Shown piece by piece: positions 14,210 to 19,571 of a stretch of DNA of 19,571 nt. The stretch lies in NCBI GenBank assembly GCA_030065615.1, contig JASJDR010000158.1:1-19571 (forward strand). The letters are read 5' to 3'. Position numbers and translations under genes: made by a program. The stretch's first letter is position 1; each line of letters starts with the position of its first letter. The stretch comes from Xenococcus sp. MO_188.B8. GTDB taxonomy: Bacteria; Cyanobacteriota; Cyanobacteriia; Cyanobacteriales; Xenococcaceae. Under the pieces are notes generated by a model that was not told where the DNA came from, ran no database searches, and saw nothing but the letters and a program-made list of their open reading frames with translations.

Positions 14210-16701
14210 AGACTATTCATAGAATACAACGGGCTAATTCTCAAACTTCTGTTTCTACAAATATTTATACTAACCCACCGAATTTAGAAAACTGGGTAGA
14301 AAGAAAACAAGAAATAGAGACGATTAAAGCTTGGTTAAATAATCCACAAATTACTACAGTAGGAATTACTCAAGCTAATACTTTAGGAATTCAAGGTTTG
14401 GGTGGTGTAGGCAAGTCTGCTTTAGCTGCTTATTTGTATCATTCTCTAGATTTTGAAGCTAAATTCTGGGCTGATGTTAGTTTAAAACCAGATTTTACAG
14501 TTTTTGCCGAACAAGCAATTAGAGCGTTAGGAGGAAGAGTTTTTTATCCTATTGATGTAACTCAATTAATAAATAATTTACTTCACCTATTAAGTCAGCA
14601 TCGTTGTTTATTAGTAGTTGATAACTTAGAAACTCTTTTAGACAATAATAGAAATTGGCAAGATGAAAACTACGAGCAATTTTTTAATTGTTGGCAACAA
14701 CAGGGTATAAACAGTACTCTCTTAATTACTACTCAAGACAAACCGAAATGTTTTCCAGGGTTACAACAATGGTATTCCTTGGGAGGAATGAAACTTGAAG
14801 AAGGAATGAGCTTACTTAACAAATTAGCCATCAAAGGAACATCAAAAGAACTTAAGACATTTGTTAAATATGTAGATGGGCATCCTTTAACTATTAAATT
14901 AGTAGCTGGATATCTAAATGAATATTGCGACGGCGAGTTAAACCAGGTTACAGAATTAGGTCTAGAACAGTTCGATTTAGCTTACGTAGAAGCAGAAGGA
15001 TTACATCGTAATAAACAAGATGCTCGTCTATCTTGGATTATTCAGCAACACTTAAACAAACTGAATTTAGAACAATTAGAATTTTTGATTAATTTAAGCG
15101 TATATCGTTTGCCTTTTAATCGCAAAGCAGCAAATTATATATGGGGTAAGTCAGAAATAAATGGCTCTGTAATCCCAAAAAAACTACAAGAATTTTGTAA
15201 TCGTTCTTTGCTCATTAAAACTAGAGATAATAAATTTCAATTTGAGTCTCTAGTACAAAGATATATTCAAAAGCAAGTCAGCAATTTTACTAATGCTCAC
15301 AATAAAGCTATCGAATATTATATAGCTTCTTTCAAAAGTGAAGAAAATTGGCAAAATCTAGAAGATATTAAAGAATATCTAGAAACAATACATCACTACA
15401 ATGAATTAAAAGAATACGCTTTAGCTAATGAAGTATTGTGCCAATGTCAAGATTTTCTGATGTTAAAAGGTCATTATGCAATTTTAGTTGAAGCTCTTCA
15501 AGATATTGTAGTTGAATGGAAAAATATTGATAACAATAATGATTCAAACTTTGCTTATGCACTAAATTTATTAGGATGTTCACATATTCGTTTAGGGAAC
15601 TATTCCCAAGCAATTGAATATTGCCAAGAGTCTTTTAATATTTTCCAAGAAATCAATAGTATATACGGAATGATAAGGTCTCTAGGAAATATAGCAGGTA
15701 TTTTTGTATCTTTAGATAAATATCAACAAGCGAAAAACTGTGTTCTCCAATCATTAGAGATTCAGCAAAACATTGATGAGAATCCTGATAGAGCGAAGTC
15801 TTTAAATACTCTAGGGATAATTTGCAGGAAACTTGGAGAGTTTGATGCTGCTATCAACTATTTTAATCAATCATTAGTAATTCTTCAAAATTTTCAAGAG
15901 AGATACTTTGAATCAATTGCTTTGAATAACATAGGAGACACTAATTTAGTAATTAATAATATAGATGATGCAATAGAAAATTATCAAAGGGCATATAATA
16001 TTCAACAAGAAATTGGCGATAGAGATGGTATTGCCAGAAGCAAAAGCTCTCTTGGAAATGCTTATCTTAAAATCGGTGATTTTAGACGAGCTATAGAATT
16101 ATTTCAAGAATCTTTGTTTATTAAACAACAAATTGGCTCAAAACCTGGTGAAGCAGTAGCATTGGGAAGTTTGGGGGATGCTCATTATTTTTCTGGGGAG
16201 TATGAAAGAGCAATTGATTGCTATGAGCAATGTTTAAGCATTCAACAGAATATGGGCGAAATTTCCAATGTCAGTCAAACGTTAGGAAAGTTGGGCAACA
16301 CTTTAGGTCTTTTGAAACAATATGAAGATGCCATTGCTCGCTTTGAACAATCACTATCTATTTCACAACAAATTGGCGACGATAAATGTGCAGGTACAAC
16401 GTTAAATAACTTAGGTGATATATTCTATAAATTAGGTAGGTATGATAGCGCAATTAAATATTATTACGATTCATTGGATGCTAAACAAACTGCTAGACAA
16501 AAAATTGGAAATACTCACATTCTGGATGAACCTATTGCAAGTACTTGGTTCAATATAGGAGATACCCAAACACAATTACAGCGATCTTTTGAAGCTATAT
16601 CAGCATATAGAAACGCAAAAAGAATCTATCAAATTTTAGAACTAGAAGAAAATATAAAAGATTGCGATCGTGCTATTCAAGAATTAGAAGATATTGAGTA
16701 A
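14167..16701 (+). CDS. STAND NTPase with NB-ARC (AP-ATPase) and TPR repeats; this reading frame has no usable start of its own
   Basis: Frame 1 is open from 14167. The P-loop is TLGIQGLGGVGKSALA and Walker B is CLLVVDNLE. The RNBS-B-like motif is LLITTQDK and the GLPL-like motif is DGHPLTIKLVAGYL. About nine 40-aa TPR units of the LNNLG..Y...G.Y..AI.YY..SL type follow. The track's TTG 14398 start falls inside the P-loop strand, so the true N-terminus must lie upstream. Confidence 0.85.
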   Translation, partial: SLSLGKGTSPDEILETIHRIQRANSQTSVSTNIYTNPPNLENWVERKQEIETIKAWLNNPQITTVGITQANTLGIQGLGGVGKSALAAYLYHSLDFEAKFWADVSLKPDFTVFAEQAIRALGGRVFYPIDVTQLINNLLHLLSQHRCLLVVDNLETLLDNNRNWQDENYEQFFNCWQQQGINSTLLITTQDKPKCFPGLQQWYSLGGMKLEEGMSLLNKLAIKGTSKELKTFVKYVDGHPLTIKLVAGYLNEYCDGELNQVTELGLEQFDLAYVEAEGLHRNKQDARLSWIIQQHLNKLNLEQLEFLINLSVYRLPFNRKAANYIWGKSEINGSVIPKKLQEFCNRSLLIKTRDNKFQFESLVQRYIQKQVSNFTNAHNKAIEYYIASFKSEENWQNLEDIKEYLETIHHYNELKEYALANEVLCQCQDFLMLKGHYAILVEALQDIVVEWKNIDNNNDSNFAYALNLLGCSHIRLGNYSQAIEYCQESFNIFQEINSIYGMIRSLGNIAGIFVSLDKYQQAKNCVLQSLEIQQNIDENPDRAKSLNTLGIICRKLGEFDAAINYFNQSLVILQNFQERYFESIALNNIGDTNLVINNIDDAIENYQRAYNIQQEIGDRDGIARSKSSLGNAYLKIGDFRRAIELFQESLFIKQQIGSKPGEAVALGSLGDAHYFSGEYERAIDCYEQCLSIQQNMGEISNVSQTLGKLGNTLGLLKQYEDAIARFEQSLSISQQIGDDKCAGTTLNNLGDIFYKLGRYDSAIKYYYDSLDAKQTARQKIGNTHILDEPIASTWFNIGDTQTQLQRSFEAISAYRNAKRIYQILELEENIKDCDRAIQELEDIE
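14179..14185 (+). promoter_or_regulatory. Candidate -1 ribosomal frameshift heptamer G_GGA_AAG joining the two STAND segments
   Basis: The zero frame reads TTG GGA AAG, giving an X_XXY_YYZ pattern. It lies after the last -1-frame stop (TAA 14164-14166) and before the zero-frame stop (TAG 14207-14209). AGGAGG lies at 14152-14157. No convincing downstream structure was seen. It may instead be a 1-nt indel. Confidence 0.4.
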
Positions 16702-17017
16702 CGAATTTATAGTATTGCTTTCAGGTGTTGGTATAGCAACGGAGAAATTTTGGTCGGTAAGGGATTTTTTGATGCCAACTGTCCCACTTTTGATGATTGG
16801 ATATTGAATAAAATATCGTCTGTAATAACCATTTAGCAATAGTTTCAGAAAAAACTGTCCCAGTAAAAGGCTAAAGTGGGACACTAGCTGAAGAACGATT
16901 ATTTTTGTTATGAGCTGATCGCCAGCAAATTTGATTCTCAAAATTGAACTCCTTTATTTATAAGGGTTTCAGAACTTACAGCCGTTTTCAATTGAATAGA
17001 CTACGCTTTTAATTAAT

Positions 17018-17052
17018 TAGCTCGTAGCTCTAAGCTATAAGCTGTAGGCTTT
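17018..17052 (+). repeat. Five imperfect tandem heptamers
   Basis: TAGCTCG TAGCTCT AAGCTAT AAGCTGT AGGCTTT, read directly. Confidence 0.6.
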
Positions 17053-17073
17053 AAATAAACGAAGTTATTGGTT

Positions 17074-17148
17074 GAGCTGTGTACTTGGAGACTTGTTCGC
17101 ACAGTTCTTAGGGGGCGACGCGGGAGCAATCCCGCCGACCTACCCGAT
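17074..17148 (+). mobile_element. Group II intron 3' remnant (domain V and domain VI), with no reverse transcriptase ORF
   Basis: A 34-nt domain V-like hairpin spans 17074-17107: GAGCTGTGT/ACTTG-GAGA-CTTGT/TC/GCACAGTTC. It has the AGC triad, a GNRA loop and a 2-nt bulge; the upper helix has two U-U mismatches. A domain VI-like helix spans 17111-17145 with a GCGGGA-GCAA-TCCCGC tip. A bulged A in CCTACCC (17142) lies 7 nt before a ..GAT end at 17148. Confidence 0.5.
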
Positions 17149-17247
17149 CTACAATAAGTTTTTCTGGTAGCTGAATCTATCGCCAAGCTTGGAATTTACC
17201 GATGTCAGTACTGACCTGCACACACTTATTGGCTAATCTGTTTGTTC

Positions 17248-19011
17248 TTACCTACCTTCTTCTGGAATTTCTATTTTATATAAGTTCCTTACTCTCATCT
17301 CATTTAATGGGTTTTGCTTTGCTATTCTGATAAGTGCATTTTCAGTATTTTCTTTTATTGTTTGATATTTTTGAGAACTATCTTCATTTGTGCTTGCTAA
17401 ATTATTAAAAATCAAAAGCCCTTTTTTGATTTTATAAACCATATTTTTAGGGTTTGATATCATCCAATCATAGAGTTCATCCTCACTGAGCGAACTTAAA
17501 TAATTAAGGTGTTTTATACTCCATCCTTGAGTTCGTGCAATTTCATCAAGAATTTTATCAAGGTTAAAAATTTCTGAAGCACCTAAAATGTCTTTGATTT
17601 TACTGCGTAGGCTTGAGTTCTTTATCTCAGGTACTATCCAGAATTCATCTGGATCATCCTCAAGTAAAGCCTGTCTATGAAACCCTAAATAGTTTTCAAT
17701 ATAAGCAGATACGTCATCACCAAATTTCTCAAGAAAATTTATTGTATGATCAAATTGTGAAAGACTTATTTTACCTAAACTATCATCCAATACACCTCGC
17801 ATGGCTGATTTTATCTCATCTAAGTTTGGCTCAAATGAATTACGATAAAGTAGCCAAACACAACTAAGTTGAGCATCAGCATTTTTGCTCTGGTGGTCTT
17901 GATTGATTTTCTTTATTTCCTCTTTAAAAACTTGTTCATCTAAGTATCCATTCATAAATAGCCCAATAAGACAATCATCATAATTTTGTGGATAAAGAGT
18001 CAGCTTACGAGCAATTTCATTCCATTCTTCTTCCACTTCAGACAATTGTTGCTTCTTCTCATCATTTGATGAAAATGAATACCAAGTAGTATTTTTTATG
18101 CTCTTACTTATAAATGATAGAGATAGATTATTTTCTGAATTAAAGAATGCCCAACAAAATACCGTAAGTTTTACTAATACTTCTTTTTGTAAACTAGGTT
18201 CAGTATCTTTGATCAAGTCCCATATCTTATCTTTACCCCACTGAAGTTTTTTAAATATACGAATATTCGATATATTTAGAATACGAAGAACATCGAGCAG
18301 TTCCTCAAAATATGTATCTTGAGGTTTAAATACTACGGACAGATTATCTCTTATTGTGGGCTTGTATTCAATTTCCAGATCGACAATTTTTTCCCGATAC
18401 TTATTAAAATCTTTTAGCTCATCACCTTCTAGTGTTTTATAATTAAATATCAGGATAACCTTGCACCCTTTTCTATGACAAAGTTCGTCAACTAAGCCCA
18501 TTATCTGCTTTATAGTTAAATCTTTTTCTTTCCGCTCAATATCATCCAAACAAATAAGGTACTTATTGATAAGTCCATACTCAGCTAAATTAAGTATTGA
18601 AGAGAGTTGATTTGATTTAGGTAATATCTTTGCTATTTGTGAAAATGAACCCAGTGTTCTTAGAAAGTTTTTCCCTTTTGATTGTCCTCTAAGAATTAAC
18701 TCCCAAGTCTTATTTTCGTTTCTGGAATAGGCTTCAAGTTCACTAACAAAGTTCTCTGGAGGCTTTAATGGTTCACCCACAGAAAAAATCTTGGATTTTA
18801 ATTGTGATAAATCATGTAAACCAAATAATGAAACATAAGAATAAGCCGTTTGGTTTAGTGCTTTATTAGCCTTATTCTCTACTTTTTCCTGAACGTATTC
18901 GTCCCAAAAGTATGTTTTTCCAATACCCCATGCGCCTCTTAAAACAAGAACCGACAGTTTTTCATCATAAATAAATGAATTCAGTGTCTCTTCTATAATC
19001 GATTTATTCAT
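17248..19011 (-). CDS. KAP-family P-loop NTPase (587 aa)
   Basis: Walker A is LRGAWGIGKTYFW, the GxWGxGKT hallmark of KAP NTPases. Walker B is YLICLDDIERKE. I could not see the transmembrane insert described for many KAP members. The C-terminal ~400 aa have no recognised motif. Confidence 0.85.
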   Translation of the reverse strand: MNKSIIEETLNSFIYDEKLSVLVLRGAWGIGKTYFWDEYVQEKVENKANKALNQTAYSYVSLFGLHDLSQLKSKIFSVGEPLKPPENFVSELEAYSRNENKTWELILRGQSKGKNFLRTLGSFSQIAKILPKSNQLSSILNLAEYGLINKYLICLDDIERKEKDLTIKQIMGLVDELCHRKGCKVILIFNYKTLEGDELKDFNKYREKIVDLEIEYKPTIRDNLSVVFKPQDTYFEELLDVLRILNISNIRIFKKLQWGKDKIWDLIKDTEPSLQKEVLVKLTVFCWAFFNSENNLSLSFISKSIKNTTWYSFSSNDEKKQQLSEVEEEWNEIARKLTLYPQNYDDCLIGLFMNGYLDEQVFKEEIKKINQDHQSKNADAQLSCVWLLYRNSFEPNLDEIKSAMRGVLDDSLGKISLSQFDHTINFLEKFGDDVSAYIENYLGFHRQALLEDDPDEFWIVPEIKNSSLRSKIKDILGASEIFNLDKILDEIARTQGWSIKHLNYLSSLSEDELYDWMISNPKNMVYKIKKGLLIFNNLASTNEDSSQKYQTIKENTENALIRIAKQNPLNEMRVRNLYKIEIPEEGR

Positions 19012-19197
19012 CAGGTCGCGACAGGTTTTATGGATTAAAGTTGATTCAGCGGCACTGTACCAACTTGTAAAACTAAAGCCTAACTTTCAAATTCTGAGAT
19101 GTCGATCAAGATATTAATAAACCCAAGTAGATAGTCACAGTCACTCTCGAAAAAAGTTTTCAATACACTTGGTAGAAAACAAAATCACCTTGACCCC

Positions 19198-19243
19198 TGC
19201 CCCCACGACGCGATTCAATAAAAAATGCGGTGCTATGGGGGCA
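19198..19243. repeat. 8-bp perfect inverted repeat just upstream of the recombinase start
   Basis: TGCCCCCA at 19198-19205 and TGGGGGCA at 19236-19243, separated by 30 nt. It sits at the point where the sequence becomes GC-richer. Confidence 0.4.
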
Positions 19244-19250
19244 AACGGCA

Positions 19251-19571
19251 ATGAAAATAGACCGTCACGGTCGCGCCAAGATTCTCACCCAGTACGAAAT
19301 TCAACTGTTATTCAACGAAGGTTTCACCCTTAACCCCATAAGAGACAGAACTCTATTCGCCATCTGTCTCTATACCGCCTGTCGCATCAACGAATGCGTC
19401 ACTCTCCACACCAGAGACATCTACGACAGCCGCAAGCATGTCCGCCCTCACCTTCTAATCCGCAAAGGTCACACCAAGGGCAAACTGGCAACCCGCACCA
19501 TCCCCATCATCGAAGACTTAAAAGTACGCCTCAAACAATACAAACCACCCCAGCCCAAAGGCTATCTGTTC
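19251..19571 (+). CDS. Tyrosine recombinase/integrase, N-terminal 107 codons (runs off the right edge)
   Basis: My own translation from ATG 19251 reads MKIDRHGRAKILTQYEIQLLFNEG...RDRTLFAICLYTACRINECVTLHTRDI...IRKGHTKGKLATRTIPI...GYLF. This matches the box I region of the catalytic domain, with the conserved Arg in TACRINE. It is absent from the track because it is open-ended. Confidence 0.85.
   Translation, partial: MKIDRHGRAKILTQYEIQLLFNEGFTLNPIRDRTLFAICLYTACRINECVTLHTRDIYDSRKHVRPHLLIRKGHTKGKLATRTIPIIEDLKVRLKQYKPPQPKGYLF

Noticed and set aside
14398-14400. TTG 14398 as the true start of the STAND NTPase
   Set aside because: It would begin the protein inside the P-loop (L-GGVGKS) and remove the preceding beta-strand. 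The same frame is open and protein-like for 231 nt upstream.
15500-16650. ~120-nt periodic similarity that might suggest a tandem repeat or CRISPR-like array
   Set aside because: The periodicity is at the protein level (40-aa TPR units) inside a continuous ORF. There are no identical DNA repeats or spacers. No CRISPR array was seen anywhere in the window.
17117-17140. GC-rich hairpin GCGGGA-GCAA-TCCCGC considered as a tRNA T-arm or tRNA fragment
   Set aside because: The loop lacks a TTC-type T-loop. No acceptor, D or anticodon arms are nearby. Its position right after a domain V-like hairpin fits group II intron domain VI better.
15425-17867. ORFs 15425-15613(-), 16684-16941(-) and 17613-17867(+)
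   Set aside because: The first and third are antisense shadows of the STAND and KAP genes. The second has a TTG start, overlaps the STAND 3' end, and lies in the structured non-coding spacer next to the intron remnant.

Overview
This looks like a low-GC plasmid segment of cyanobacterial type. Evidence: perfect HIP1 octamers GCGATCGC at 3350, 10257, 10841 and 12916, a CyRepA-like replicase, a Uma2 nuclease and a TPR-type STAND NTPase. All calls come from reading the sequence and recognising motifs by eye; no database search was run.

Contents from left to right:
1. A tightly coupled minus-strand operon of three unknown genes (3304 to 1). It ends in a coiled-coil protein of at least 745 aa that runs off the window and is missing from the ORF track.
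2. A VapC(PIN)/antitoxin pair.
3. A 984-aa Toprim/primase plus P-loop helicase plasmid replication protein. Its leader region carries a predicted antisense countertranscript RNA, iteron-like 12-mers and a MITE-like structured insert.
4. A Uma2 endonuclease, a small acidic ORF that looks truncated, and a hypothetical protein.
5. A ParA plus ribbon-helix-helix partition pair bracketed by TCATTTACTCA-type repeats.
6. A small coiled-coil membrane-anchored protein, a 48-nt perfect palindrome, and a membrane-anchored protein of unknown function.
7. A serine resolvase.
8. An AT-rich cargo block. It holds an NB-ARC/TPR STAND NTPase whose N-terminal module sits in another frame and joins at a G_GGA_AAG slippery heptamer, a group II intron domain V-VI remnant, and a convergent KAP-family P-loop NTPase.
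9. The 5' end of a tyrosine recombinase gene in a GC-richer segment.

A 17-nt sequence (CCCCCCACCGATCACAT) occurs three times around the replicon module.

The best candidates for undescribed biology are the recombinase-bracketed STAND/KAP block, including its frameshift junction, and the unknown three-gene operon at the left edge.
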